A DNA stretch of 64,000 bases, taken from the NCBI RefSeq assembly GCF_009834535.1, contig NC_045707.1, forward strand, positions 47,432,001-47,496,000, written 5' to 3'. Shown piece by piece: positions 1 through 12,744 of this stretch (positions are counted from its first letter, which is position 1; each line of letters begins with the position of its first letter). This stretch comes from Camelus ferus. Its lineage: Eukaryota. The notes under the pieces were generated by a model that searched no databases, had not been told where the DNA came from, and saw only the letters and a program-made list of their open reading frames with translations. The position numbers were made by a program, and so were the translations under genes.

Positions 1-349
1 GTTTATATGTAGGGGGAAAAAAGCATGCCATTTATTTTCTTCTAAGAGTTTGATACAGCTACTCATATGCCACCAACACCCAGATTGATCTGATGATCTT
101 ATGTCCCCAATAAATAATGATCTGCCCAGAGAGAAGAGGCTAAAGGGCCAGGTTTTTGATGACGGCTTGATGTGCGTATCTCTGAAATTCACTTATTATA
201 TGCAAAACATCTAGCGCTGTGCCCACCCCACAGTAAGTTCTCAATAATGGTTGTTATTATTATTGTTGTTGTATTGTCATTTTAATAGCCAAAAGATGGC
301 AACCACTGTCTCTATTTATTTATTAAGAAGACCAGCCTTATTTAACTGC

Positions 350-575
350 TGCTATTTTTGTTCATTCTTATGGAGGGCTTAACATTTGTCAGGTCATTTC
401 ATGGCTTTACCTCCTATAAGCTTCAGAACAGCTCTATCATGTAAGTACTACAGAATTATTATCAGTGTCTTACAAACCTTCAGGAGCACAAGTGATTTGC
501 CCAAGGTCACACAGAGAGTGAGTGACAGAGCTGAGATTTGAACACACATGGCTGGTTCCAGAACCTGTGCTTTTA
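350..575 (-). mobile_element. MIR SINE fragment
   Basis: MIR core-like AAGTGATTTGCCCAAGGTCACACAG...GCTGAGATTTGAAC. Confidence 0.75.
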
Positions 576-1934
576 TCAAGAAAACCACAGAATGCCAAGA
601 TAAGATGAACTCGGTCCCTCTCGTCTCAGAGCTGGAGGAGCAAACAGGCCTTAAGGAAGTAATTACAAATATGATGCATATTACCAGGAACACTGGATCT
701 CATCTGGAGAAAGTGACATTTCAGCTGATAACTGAGAGAAGGAATCAGATACAAATGATGCCGGTCAGGCCTCTCACCTACAGAGCTGGGAGCAGGTTGA
801 GGCAAGGCTGTCTATGTTTTCTTGGATTCCTCCCGCAGTACTTAGCATCTTGCCCTGAACAAAGTCTACACTAACCAGTATATTTCTTCGCTCTGTTGAA
901 AGAAAGATAACTTAGTTTCTTCCCTATTGCTGACTGCTTCTGGTAGAAATATTGCCTGATAATTGTTTGTAAACCAAAGCCTCCGTGGTGCCTGTGAGGT
1001 CCCAGAACAAAATTCTCCCCTCAGTTACCTCAAAGTGACATCCGCTAATATGAACAGAAGCCACATGTATTTACTTGAAGGGAGAATTTGGTTGACAGGA
1101 TATTGAAGAGCAATTAACGACGCTTCCAGCCCCTTCAAGTGCACATTTTGTGTCTATAATCATTGTTTAAGAAGATTATATGCCACGTGAATTAGAGGCT
1201 GTGGGGTCCGCGCCACCTCCACATTTTGGTAGTTGTGCATTCCTTATCCTGTTCTCCAGTTATTTTCTTTTCTCAGACTAACTCTGTGCTGTTGTTATTT
1301 TTTCTAATATCTCATTTTCCAGGTTTAAAAACAAGCGCTAAAGCTTAAGGGATGTTTTAAGATGGAAGTCCTTACTGAATTAAATTTTAGGGGAAAAAAA
1401 TACCTTGCCAAATAAAATTACTCCCTGAAGATCTTCCCAGTTGGAGGGGTGGTCTACCCAGAATGGCCCGGCTGGGGGTCTGTCTGCAGCTGACCCCAGG
1501 GAGCCACCTCACCTTGTGAGTCAGTTCTCTATTTTCTTAGCACCAGGCTCAGGAAGGAAATGTTGTTGTCTCCTGCTTAGGCTGTGGTTTGGAATCTGTG
1601 AATCATCTGGGTATCCTTCTGCATGTTAAAAAGTATTTCAAACAAAGAATGAACTTGTAAATGTGTAGTGACTGAAAGCTACAAGCATAGGCTGAGATGT
1701 ATCAAAACAAAAATCTTTTTTAAAAAATCCTCTAATTATGTTCTTATCTGCCTCCAACTTCATTTACTTTTTTTCTCCTTTATCTTTTCTTCTCTGTCTC
1801 CTCCACTTATATTGTATGATGGAAAAATACTAAGTGCAAAGTTTGGAAATGGAAGTTCTAGATGCAGTTCTGCTATTGATTTGGGTGTCAGAGACAAATC
1901 ACTGAACTTCTTTTGGGCCTGATTCTTTCTTTTG

Positions 1935-2100
1935 TTCAACAAGTATTTGTTGAAAACTTATCACAAGCACTGTTTTACTGGGGATTCAGTGGTGAAGGAA
2001 ATATAGACTGTTCCTGCTCTTGTGAAGCTGACATTCCAGTAGGAAAATGAAATGTGGCCACAAAGAGACAGGAACCCAACCTCGTGATGTGAGGTCAGAC
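1935..2100 (-). mobile_element. L2 LINE 3' fragment
   Basis: TTCAACAAGTATTTGTTGA...GTTCCTGCTCTTGTGAAGCTGACATTCCAGT, typical of the L2 3' end. Confidence 0.65.
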
Positions 2101-2174
2101 AAATTATCCACACTTCTGTGTGTCTCTGGCGTCTTTGTCTATGAAACTGTGTAGTATTATATAACATTAAAGCA

Positions 2175-3357
2175 TTATTTGAAATGGAGCACTCCAAAGG
2201 ATCTAGAACGGCCAGGATGATACTTTAAAAGAAATAAGTTGGAGAACTTATTCTCCCTGATTTTAGGACTTACCATAAAATATACAGTAATCAAGACAGT
2301 GTGGTTGTAAGCATAAAGATAGACATATGAATCGATGCAACAGAGTTGAAAGCCCAGAAACAGACCCACACTGACGTGGTCAACTGAGGTTTGATAAAGT
2401 TACCAGAGTAAGAATTAGTCTTTAATAAATCGAGCTGGAATAACTGGATATCTACATTAAGAAAGGTACCTAAACCTTTTCCTCACAACATATACAAAAT
2501 TTAAGTTAAAACAGATCATTGGCCTAAATCTAAGAGCTAACACCATAAATCTTCTAGAAGAATTTAGGAGAAAATCTCTGTGACCTTGAATTAAGTAAGT
2601 TTCTTTCATAGGACACAAAAAGCATGGATCATAAAAGAAAAGCTAGTAAATTGGACTTTATAAAGATTAAAACATTAGTTTATCAAAAAACGCAAGTAAG
2701 AAATGAAAAGGTGAGACATTAATAAAGATAAAATACCTGTAAGGCATATATTTGAAAAGGTCTTGTATCCAGACAACATAAAGTTCTCTTATAACTTAAT
2801 AATAAGAAAATAATCCAGTAATAAAATGAGAAAAAAATATTTAAATAGACACTGCACAAAGGAAAATATATGGATGGTCAAAAAGCACATGAAAAGATTC
2901 TCAGCATCGTTGGTAATCAGAGAAACGCAACTTAAAACCACAATGAGGTACCACTACATCCACACTAGAATAGATAAGATTTAAAAGACTGACAATAACA
3001 AGAGTTGGTGAGAAAGTGGAGCAACTGGAAATCTCATACAATGCTGGTGGGAATGCAAAACCATACAGCCATTTCGAAGAGTGAAATTTCTTAAAGTGTT
3101 AAAATACACTTACCATGCAATCTAGCACTTCCACACTTAGGTATTTACCTAAGAGAAATGAAAACATACGTCCACTGAAAGACTTGTACATAAATGTTCA
3201 TAGTATCATTCTTTTATAATAGTCCCAAACTGGAAACAATCCAAATGCCCATCAACTGATGTATATATAAAAAGAAAATGGTGATATACAATGGAATTAG
3301 TAACAACTAAAAGGAACAGAGTGCTGATGCAACATGGATGATTCTCAAAAGTATCTA

Positions 3358-3399
<42 letters not shown>

Positions 3400-3685
3400 T
3401 AAATTTAAAAAGTCAGAAAAAGTACCATATATACTGTTTTGTATGATTCCATTTACACAAAATTCTAGAAAAGGCAAAACTATCACAACAATAACACATC
3501 AATGGTTTCCTGGGGCACAAGATAAGGATGAGGATTGAATGCCAAGGGGTATGAGGAAAATTTGGGCTGATGGATGTGTGCTAAAATGTGATTGTGGTGG
3601 TGGTTGGATGACAATACATTTATAAAATTTGTTCACAGCTAAAATTAGTAAGTTATGTATAAATTATATCTCAACAAAACTATAG
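2175..3685 (+). mobile_element. Old L1 (L1M-type) ORF2 3' part and 3'UTR, degraded
   Basis: L1 ORF2 motifs (ACAGTAATCAAGACAGTGTGG, AGCCCAGAAACAGACCCACA, GCAACTGGAAATCTCATACAATGCTGGTGGGAATGCAAAA) and a 3' end AAATTATATCTCAACAAA; many stops. Confidence 0.9.
3365..3396. repeat. (TA)16 microsatellite
   Basis: Direct reading. Confidence 0.95.
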
Positions 3686-4839
3686 AAACAGTTAACTCAG
3701 AATAAATGCTCCAAGCTTATAAAAACCAGCATATTTTAACAAGGCAATATTTTGGCAGTTACAGAGGACAAAGGAAGAGTTAGAAAGCAACAGGAGAATC
3801 TTTGAGGTTCATCCAAGGAGAAACTTCCATTCGTAATAGAACCCCAAAAATCCTAGGCAATATAGCACCCAGCTTGGGATACTGTCTGAAAGCACAGGCA
3901 GAAATGTCAGGCACCAGAAATAGGTGTCTTATCACCCTCACAGAAATCTCTGTCGGAGTCCACAGGCTGTAGCTTCACTGCTTTATCTGGCCAGATAAGC
4001 TCTCAAGAGTTTCTCCCCATCTGCTCCCTGGAGGCCTGGAGGTGAGAGGGCAGAAAGTGTGGAACAGTCCAGCCTTCCTGGTCTGGGTTTGACTTGTTGA
4101 CATGTAATGTGTCCTCTTAACTGTGGAATTTCTGCAGCTTTTCGGCCACTCATGGTGTTTCTTCTTGGAACATCACATCTTATAGTCCCTTTGTGGGTTC
4201 TGTCACTGCATGTTCTACCTGAGGCTTAGGTATTTCCTGTGGTGCTGATTTCTTGAGGACATTAGCATCTCAAGCAGTAGAGAGGCAAGGTTTTACTGGG
4301 TGTAATGAACACAAGGCTTCTCTGCGAAGACCCTCCAAACCTAAGCTCATTTCCCTCTCCTCAATCTCTCAACCCAATTTCATACTTTATAGTCTCCCAG
4401 CTTTCTTCCCTTCCAGTGTTCAGTCGGTGGTGATCTCTCCCAGGAAGTGTGGGTGAAGAACGTGACTTCTCCCTGAAACTCTTCCTGTCTGAACAAGCAT
4501 TCATTGCTTCTTTCCACATACATAGGTCCATAATATCAGAAATTATTAAGAGCCTAAAAAGACTTTCCAGAAAATTTAGATCACTGTTTCCCAAAATACC
4601 TTCCTCAGAACTGAGGGGTATGATTAGATAGTTGCCCAGTGGAAAACAGATTTCACGATCAATACGTTTAGAAAATGCTACTTAAACAGGTTTCTATATG
4701 CTGGATACCACAGGAAAGCTCAATGTGCTTACTTTGATAATGAGCATCTTCATGTGGGACAGGGGTTTGGGGAGGGTTTGGTAGGGATGTGATAATGCAG
4801 TGTTTGATCAGAGACTCTTTCTTCCCTCAGGCTGCAGAG

Positions 4840-5275
4840 CATCGCTGTCAAATAGAAATAGCCTGCAAACTCTGTCTGTAGTTACATACATAATTTAAAA
4901 TATTCTGGTAACCACATTTTTTAAAGTGAAAAGAAACAGGTTGGCCTGATTTTTTATATAAAGTTTTTATTTATCTGTTATTTTTTAGAGCTGTTTTAGA
5001 TTCTCAGCAAAATTAAGCAGGACGTACTGAGAGTTTCCTTATGCCCCCCGTCCCTGCAACACACAGCTTCCCATACTATCCTCATTCTAGTGACATCTTA
5101 TTTAACCCAATATAGAAAATTATTATTATTTCAACATTAATTAACCTAAAAATTATTAATGAGATACCTTACATGTTTTTTTCTGGATGCTGCCTTAGTT
5201 TTTACATTTTAAAATACGGCCCTATCTACTTTTCAAGGGCTCAGCAGCCACACTTGGCTAGTGGCTACCCTATTA
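4840..5275. mobile_element. MER33/MER3-like hAT non-autonomous element interrupted by a short L1 3' fragment (about 4950-5090)
   Basis: Ends GCTGTCAAATAGAAATA and GCCACACTTGGCTAGTGGCTACCCTATT. Internal L1MC-like TTTTAGATTCTCAGCAAAATTAAGCAGG. Confidence 0.65.
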
Positions 5276-5819
5276 GTGCGGAAGAGGTCAAATATCCCAA
5301 GGCACATAGTTTAGGAAATGCTGATCTAGTCACACACACTCGTCATACAGATAAAGTTGAAGAGCCCTGAAAGTTTGGAGTGTCTTTCCTGAGTTACAGG
5401 CCCAGTTAGTGTCAGAGGTGAGATCAGTACACAGGTTTTCCTGACCCTGACGGGGAGTTCTTTCCACTACATCATGACTCAAACACAATTTTTTTTTTTT
5501 TTGGTAGGAGGGAGAATTCCAGCTTCCCTCCTTTGCTCCACAGGAGAACTATCTTCTATTCTTCCTGAAGTGAATAAGAATAGGTCTTAGTCTAGGGGCA
5601 GAGAGGGCCTGAGTTTACAGTGACTATTCACAGCCTTTCATTCTACTGTGTGCTTCTTGGAATCTCTGCACTATCTCTTAGGATTTGCACAGTATCCATT
5701 CTTATTGGCATCAGAATCTCTTTCAGGCCATAGTGCACTTGGATCCTTTACCACAGGATCATGGTGATGGCCCCTTGGCACTGGGGCCTTGGGTTGGAGA
5801 GGGTGGGAGGAGTCTTCCA

Positions 5820-6020
5820 TTCAATATCGATTCAACAAATACTTATTGAACACCTACTATGTGCCAGGTCCTGTTCTTGGGGACACATCAATGGACAAAC
5901 CAAGTCCTTGGTATCTGAAGTTTAGATTCTAAACTACTGTGGTGGGAGACAGACAAAACAAATATGTAAATATATGGCACCTTGGATGGGAATTAGTGTT
6001 GTTGTGAGAACATAGAACAA
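5820..6020 (-). mobile_element. L2 LINE 3' fragment
   Basis: ATTCAACAAATACTTATTGAACACCTACTATGTGCCAGG, the canonical L2 3' end. Confidence 0.8.
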
Positions 6021-6349
6021 AATAAGGGGGAAGGGGTGTAAGGAATAGAGGTAGGTTGGGGAGTGAGGGTTTTTTTATTCTCTAATCATGGTGCTTATAG
6101 ATGGAAAGGGAGAATTGATTTAAGGAAAACACTCTATTATTAATGTGTTTAAATTCCTCCAATATTTTTGTGAACATATAAGTCCTCCTAGCAAATAATG
6201 AGAATATTTATTAACAACCAAAGCACATGCCATTCACTAGGCACTGTGCTAAGCACGTGACATGGGTTTAGCAGTTTAATGAGAAACCAAGGGTTTTTGC
6301 TTTCTTAATTTTCATTCTCCAAATTTCTGTAGTTAAGAAGTGTCAGGAA

Positions 6350-7080
6350 AGCAAAATTGTTGTAATGAGCTGGCCATTTATTAAAATCATTCTTCATTGA
6401 AATAGCTCTGTCTTACTCTAGCATGTATCCTGGCCAGTGAATCAGTCACCTTTGTTGATCACCGCCTCATTGATTTTCAGATATTTACAACATGAGATTG
6501 TACAGTGAAACTAGAAAGCAGATGAATTGCAAATGGAAAAAAATGCAATTTGCCAAACATTTAGGATTTCATGAAATTGCTGAAAGTAATACAGGAGAAT
6601 TCCAGAATTACTTGCAAAGCCTTTGGCAAATGTGGATTTGGCATGATTTGATCTGTTGACAGTTGAAGGGTTTGATTTGATCAGTTGCCAATGATTTGAT
6701 TAGTTGACAGCGACAAGTGCTTCAAAAGGAAGGATTCAACACCAAAGAAATAGGAAAGGTCATTGTAAATCGATTAAGACCCAGAATAATTTTGTAAAGT
6801 GTATATCCTGTTAATGTTTCTTGAAGGTCAAATATGAAATGAAGGCTGCATAGAGCTATCATACAGTTTAAAAAAAAAATTCAACAAAAACCTCCTAAGT
6901 AATTGATTTGTTGTTTTTCTGAAAATAACTATAGAGTTGAAAATTTAAATTTGGTTAAATGTAAGACAGTCTTATAATTTATATAATTTTTAGTTCATTT
7001 TTCAAGGAAATGCTCTAATAACACCTATTTTTTCGATGACATTTTGGTGTGTTTATTGTCAGTTTTCCAGGTACCAGTTA
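6350..7080 (+). mobile_element. Ancient Tigger/pogo-like DNA transposon remnant
   Basis: About 6549-6650 translates, across a frameshift, to FAKHLGFHEIAESNTGEF../KPLANVDLA. This resembles Tigger transposase C-terminal LGFxEVxExDVxELL..PLTNEDL segments. Confidence 0.5.
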
Positions 7081-7099
7081 CCCTTCAATATAGGAAATA

Positions 7100-7255
7100 A
7101 CTCTGCAGTTGCTGTTAGTATCCCTATTTTTCAGGTGAAGTGGCTGAGATATGGAGAATTTTAGTAATTTTCTCAAGGTCACATAGATAGTAAGAGGCAG
7201 AGTCTACTATCAACCTAGCTGAGCTGAATCCAGACCACCTCTCTACTACACAACA
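7100..7255 (-). mobile_element. MIR SINE fragment
   Basis: TATTTTTCAGGTGAAGTGGCTGAGAT...AATTTTCTCAAGGTCACATAG. Confidence 0.7.
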
Positions 7256-8215
7256 CTGCCTCCTAGAGGGGTCACATTGGTTTAACTTATTCTTGACAAA
7301 ACTCAAACTAAAAGCCTTGCATAAAAATATGTTTAGTGCCTGTTTCTTGTGGACCTCACAGGTAGGAATGACTCTACATTAAATATTTCATCTCAAGGTG
7401 GTTTTGAGCAGTAAATGAGCACATTGTCTATTGTCTCGCCATCATAGTTTATGCAGTCTAAAAGGTTTGAAGTCTGTACCTCCTAACTGCTAGTTATAGT
7501 CTATTATCTTTGTGTTTGCTTAACCTCTGCAGGACATATCAGGGAAGTTAAACATGTCTGTTATAAATGTTGGGTATCTAATTGCCTTACCTTATAGCTC
7601 AGCCAGAAGGCAGACACTAAATAAAGAAAACCAGCCGTCTCACAATGACATACTGTCTTTGTACATCTTTCAAGCAGAGGAAAGATAATGGCCACGTATG
7701 ATTTCAGGCAAGACTGCTGATTTGCAGTCTCTTCAGGAAATTGTAGTGTTTCCGAGGACAATATTCCTAGTCAAAATAGATTAAGCCTGAAGCCAAAGTG
7801 ATGACCACAGTCAAAGTTAATGATACTGTATGTTTAGTTGGAAACAACTGGAGGAAAAATAAGTTATCATAGCAGACAGTTGACCCTATAATCCCTCTTT
7901 ATTCTCTGGACCTTATCAGCAGTGGGATGGAAAAAAATAAAGTTTTCTGAGTCCATTGTATCTGTAGATAGGGCAGAAAAGCACTTCACTATGATGAAAT
8001 GGAGTTTAGGGTAGGAGGAGATATGTTTTAGTGGAAGACTTGCTCTTACCCACCCAGTTTCAGATTTTTAAAGACTGCAAGGCAATCCTACACCATTGTC
8101 CTATATACAGAAAGAGGATGGTGTCTGCTCACTGGTAGCCACAGACATAGCAGCTTGACAGAGGAGCCAGGAGAGAAAGGCTTCTCTAATAAATATGAGG
8201 AACTGTTAAGATTAT

Positions 8216-8313
8216 TAGACCACCAGCAATTCCACTTCTGGGTATATACCCACAAGAATTGTAAGAAGAAACTTAAAGAGGTATTTGAACACCCATGTTC
8301 ATAGCATTTATTC
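8216..8313 (+). mobile_element. L1 ORF2 3' fragment
   Basis: CCAGCAATTCCACTTCTGGGTATATACCCA...CACCCATGTTCATAGCA. Confidence 0.8.
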
Positions 8314-8448
8314 TCCACAATGTCCCCATGAGTGTGAGCACTACGGGTATACTCTTTTGAGATTTAGCAAAATTAACCACTGGGTTTAGCCATGGAACCT
8401 GTGAGTGCCAAAAGAGCTAGAATTTGAACTCAGGATGTCTGATGAGCC

Positions 8449-8629
8449 CACTGGTTCTCAAACATTGGTGTACATGAGAATCACCTGGAGGGCTCATTAA
8501 GCCATAGATTGCTGGGCTCCACCTTCAGAGTTTCACTGGCTCTGGGGTGGGGCCCAAAGATTTGCATTTCTAACAAGTTCACAGATAATACTCATGTTGA
8601 TGATCGGGTACCCACTTTGAGAATCAGTG
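8449..8629. mobile_element. MER5A hAT-Charlie element
   Basis: GGTTCTCAAAC...GAATCACCTGGAGGGCT...TTTGCATTTCTAACAAGTTC...CACTTTGAGAATCAGTG with inverted termini. Confidence 0.85.
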
Positions 8630-11256
8630 TAGTAGCCTCCCTGTCTTCTTACGCACTACAAGATAACAGTAGAAGGAATTGCTCTGTCCAAAAGGAATCC
8701 AGGGGAATGACACAGGGTAAGTGATGTGTTGGAAGGAGCAGGTTGGGGAGGGGGATAAGGAGCAGAGTTCACTACCCTTTTTCAGCTGTATTGCCCTCTC
8801 TGCTATAATACAGGGGCAGCTGCTAATGTCCATGAGTAAGGTGTGAGTTTTGAGGTGTGTTTCCCTGGAAGGAAGGGACAAAGACTGAGAGTCATGTGTT
8901 CTCATGAGTCTCCTCCCTCCAGTCTATCTAAATATTCTATATCCTTCAAGCTTAAGATGAAATCCCATCTAAGGTTGATCTCTTGGTTTTCACAACCCAG
9001 ATTGTTCTTAGACTCAGTGTTACACAGGTTAGAAATGACTAATCTCTAATTGATTTATGTGTTTTATTTCTTCTCTAGTTAGTTTAAAAGTTTTTTGAGG
9101 TCAACGATAGTGGCTTATGGTTTTAGCCACGAGGACTTCCAATGTAGCTAAAACAGTCTTGGACTAGCTGTATAATCGATGATTATTGAAAAAAATGGTT
9201 CAATTAGTTAGAGATTACCATTACATCAAAACTAATAAAAATTAGAATAAGTATATATGAATATAATGAAGATATTGCAGAATGCTAAATGTTGGTTAGA
9301 TGCTGGCCATCCTGCTGTTAGTCCCAGTGATGACTTTGGAGGAAACAGAGGCACCCCTGTTCAAGACACCTAACTGGCATCCATCCAAATCTAAGAAGCA
9401 TACATGGGAATGGTGAACCCTGGAGTTGTGCAGTATACACCTTTGCACAGTTCTAAGACATGGCCCTACGTATGGGGTGGATCATATAGGTTCACTGCTC
9501 CATTCCAAGGCAGGTGGTGGTCTTAATAAATATTAGTCCTAACAGCTCTCCCATATGTGGTACATATATGTATACCTGGATACACAACTCTATAACTTTC
9601 TAATCCTTGGTCTTTATCCTCCATTGCATTTATTAATCAGTGCCCCAAGGGTAAAGACCATGTCTTATCTTTGTACCCCTCGTGTCTAGGGAAGTCTACT
9701 GCATGTCATAGGCCCTGACAATAACTGTTTGTTGAATAAAGTAATAAGTGAACAAACATAAATGGTCATTGTCAGGTGATTTGAAGTTCTAGATATGATT
9801 ATATAGTAAAATGCTTTGAAATTGCTTGAAGATATAGCAAGGCAATAGGCAAGTTCGAGGGATAAAAGGTTAATGGTGCCATCTGAGTTTTGGTAGTCTT
9901 CCTTTGCAGAGTCCTACAGTTTTCTTAGCATTCTCATCAGTGATCCAGACAGCAGATGAATGGTGTTTCCTCCTCTTCCACTTGAGAAAATTGCCCTTAT
10001 CCCAGTTACATAAATTTCACAATTTTGAGTCTTTTCCTTGATGATTTTGCCAGATTGGGACACCTGTTCTTCAAACAATTGTGATGTTCATGTTGAAGGT
10101 CTTTATGGGATTATTCCATCTGAGAAATTACTACGAAAATGTAATAACAAAGCTCCTAAGTGCCTTATTCTTTTGACCATACTCCTTCATTTGACTTCCT
10201 AAAAATTCCTACTTTCCCTTGGCCTTTGTGGTAGCCATCAGTGCTGGCACCAGGTTTTGTCAGTATCTATCCCCCCATACCAGCATATGGCCCTGGAAGT
10301 TAGGCGGGCCATGTGGCTTGCTCTGGCCAATGAAATGTGAGTAGGAGGGACATGAGTCACTTCTAGGTGAAAGCTTTAAGAGCCAGTGTGTGTTTCCCTA
10401 CTGTATCCTCCCCATTGTGCTGATGATGGGTCAGACTGAAGCCTCGATCTGCTCAAGATCTCCAAATAATTTCTGTGAGTAATATATCCACATTTATTAT
10501 TAATGAGAAGTCAAAATGATCAAAGGAAATGTTTCTTTGAAGTGCCTTGGCGAAATAACTGGCTTAGAGTGTATGTTTCAACTTCCCCCCTTTTCTTTGA
10601 AGACGTTACTTCATAGTGCATTATGATCTGTGTGAGCAAGGGCGGCTTCAAAGGCCTGTGCAGGGTCAGCAGTCCTTCCCTAGAGTAAACATAAGTCTAC
10701 TATGTCTTTGATTAGTGCCCTTCACAGCCATCAGTCCCTGTCATTGTTAGAGACCCTAGACTCACAGTCAGAATTACAAGCTTTGCTCAGATGAAAGGCA
10801 TTTATTCCTCAATCCAAACAGTTATCTGAGAGTTGTCTCTGTTCCCTAGTCCTTCTTAGCTAGGTTATCCTTTGTCTCTCTTTTGTTCTTGAATTTTCCG
10901 CATTAGCTCCCTGCACAGAGGCCCATTGTTATCTTTTATTTACCCATATCCAGAGCTGGGCTGTGGTGGATACCCCAAAAGTACGGTGACTGGCTAACCA
11001 TTGGACTTTGTGGCTGCTGATCTTGCCTTGTCCCCTTGGCTTTGGAGCCAGGACTAAGCTTGGACAAAGTATAAGTTGATTAACTTTGTTCTCAGATCCA
11101 CACACCCCTCTTCATGCTTGGGTGACAACACTGCATTAGGCTACTGGGGATTGAATCTTGCACTATATTTACTAGCTGTATGACCTTGGGTAGATGGCCT
11201 AAAATCTCTGAACTTCAGTTTCCTGAAGCGCGCTGGTCACAACAGAGCATGCACAC

Positions 11257-11680
11257 CTCAGCATGGCTCTGTCTTCTCTACTTGCTGATGTGTGTAGAAC
11301 AGCTCTTCTGAAATAATAAACACTTCATTTCTTTGTGAAAACAAAGTTTTTAAAAGGATATCAGCTGGTGCCGGTGATACGAATAAAGGAAAAGTAATGA
11401 GCTCTAAGATTGTGACGGTTCTTAGAAAATCGTCTGAAATTTGGAATAAGTGGAAAGTGGAACATTCACCTGGGCCATGCCCAATACCGATGAAGGAACT
11501 AGTCCACTACACACACCCTGTGGAGAAAGGAAAACGTGATTTGTGAAATTGTTTTAGTAAAGATTCCAGCTAGCACAAAAATTGCTTACCAAGTGAGACA
11601 TCAAACTGTAGTGAAAGCTGGAAACGCAAAAGTGCTGTGAGACTGCGCAGGGAGTGTGAGTCTCGATGGAACGGGGATGT
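11257..11680 (-). other. Three candidate small exons (11590-11680, 11470-11517, 11257-11307)
   Basis: Donor TTG|GTAAGC. The 72-nt intron has a branch-like TACTAAA and the acceptor TTTTCCTTTCTCCACAG. Donor CAG|GTGAAT, acceptor TTTATTATTTCAG, then a weak donor GAG|GTGTGC. No recognisable protein. Confidence 0.3.
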
Positions 11681-11780
11681 GGGAGAGAGCGTGGGGCCTG
11701 TCTGAACGTTTATATTCACAGACTGAGGGATTTGTGTAAGGTGTCAGGAATGCGCCTGTCCAAAGTCAAGGGTCAGTTTT
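11680..11780 (-). promoter_or_regulatory. Candidate TATA/Inr core promoter of an unidentified minus-strand transcript
   Basis: Minus-strand TATAAA at 11709-11714 and an Inr-like CCACATC with its A at 11680. Adjacent T-box (AGGTGTCA) and TEAD (GGAATG) motifs at about 11739-11752. About 18 CpGs in 11221-11890, visibly above background. Followed by a GTAAGC donor. Confidence 0.35.
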
Positions 11781-12364
11781 GCTCTGCTGGCTTGTGTTGG
11801 CCTCTGCATTTGTCGATGGCCTGCTTGAGGGAAGGATTCTGTATTCATTACTGCTCTCTCTCCAAACTAGCCCAGTGCCTGGCACGCGGTAGGTGTTGAG
11901 TGTTGAGTGAGTATTCAGGGAGTGAGTCACTGAGTGGATCCATCTCAGAAAACAGGTTCTAAGAACTAAACAGACAGCAGATAGGAAGTTTGTGGTCAAT
12001 TATAACCGCAGAGTTTCTTCCTAGGAACAGGGTGGGTGGGGGCATCTGGACTAAGGAAGCCCTCCCTGAGGCATTCCAGCTGAGAAGTTTGGAGTTCTGC
12101 AGGGACCTTGAATCCAGCATTGCAAAGGCTTACTTGTTCCATTGGTGAAGATGTGGGAGAAGGTGGATTAGAGACCCCTGGCTGAGCCAACCAGAAGGTT
12201 GGAGGACAGCCACAGCTTTGTGGGAAGCATGGAGGCAAACTGGTGCCCAACCCTCTGAGGCCTCAGAGGGGAACTCCCCCTGCCTTGGGGATTAAGTTCT
12301 CTGCATTTAGAACACACTGAAAAATCCTTGGGTGAGGTACACAAGCCTCTTACCTGGATATGAC

Positions 12365-12570
12365 AGTGACAACTTATTGAGCACTTCCATTATGCTAAGT
12401 GTTTTATTTACCTCACCAATTTAATTCTCCCAATAACCCCAAAGGTGGGTACCCTTATTCTCATATTAAAGATGAGAGCTGAGGGTTAGTAAGATTAAGC
12501 AACCACTATACCATAGATCAGAGATTCAAATCCATGCTGTATGACTGCAAAGTCACATGCCATCAACCAC
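12365..12570 (-). mobile_element. MIR SINE
   Basis: ACTTATTGAGCACTT...TTTAATTCTCCCAATAACCC...AGATGAG...GATTCAAATCCA. Confidence 0.7.
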
Positions 12571-12744
12571 TAAGAAAAATTCCTAACTTTATTTTATTTT
12601 TAGGTTAGGGTGTGTGAGTGTGTGTGTAAATACAAAACATCCTCCTTCATTTTATGGTTCTCCTACAAATATTTGCTTCTATAACTCCTTAGGCATACCT
12701 GTAAATTTTTAGGGCTAGGAAATTAGTGCCCAGAGCAGAGAGGC

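Noticed and set aside
548..874. 108-aa ORF
   Set aside because: It starts in a MIR, runs through L2-like DNA and has no recognisable domain.
1029..1153. Minus-strand exon ending MWLLFILADVTL with a GAG|GTAACT donor
   Set aside because: The acceptor lacks a pyrimidine tract, the peptide is not recognised, and the phase does not fit the upstream candidates.
9870..10119. Minus-strand exon or pseudogene candidate
   Set aside because: There is an acceptor-like site, but all three frames hit early stops and no protein is recognisable.
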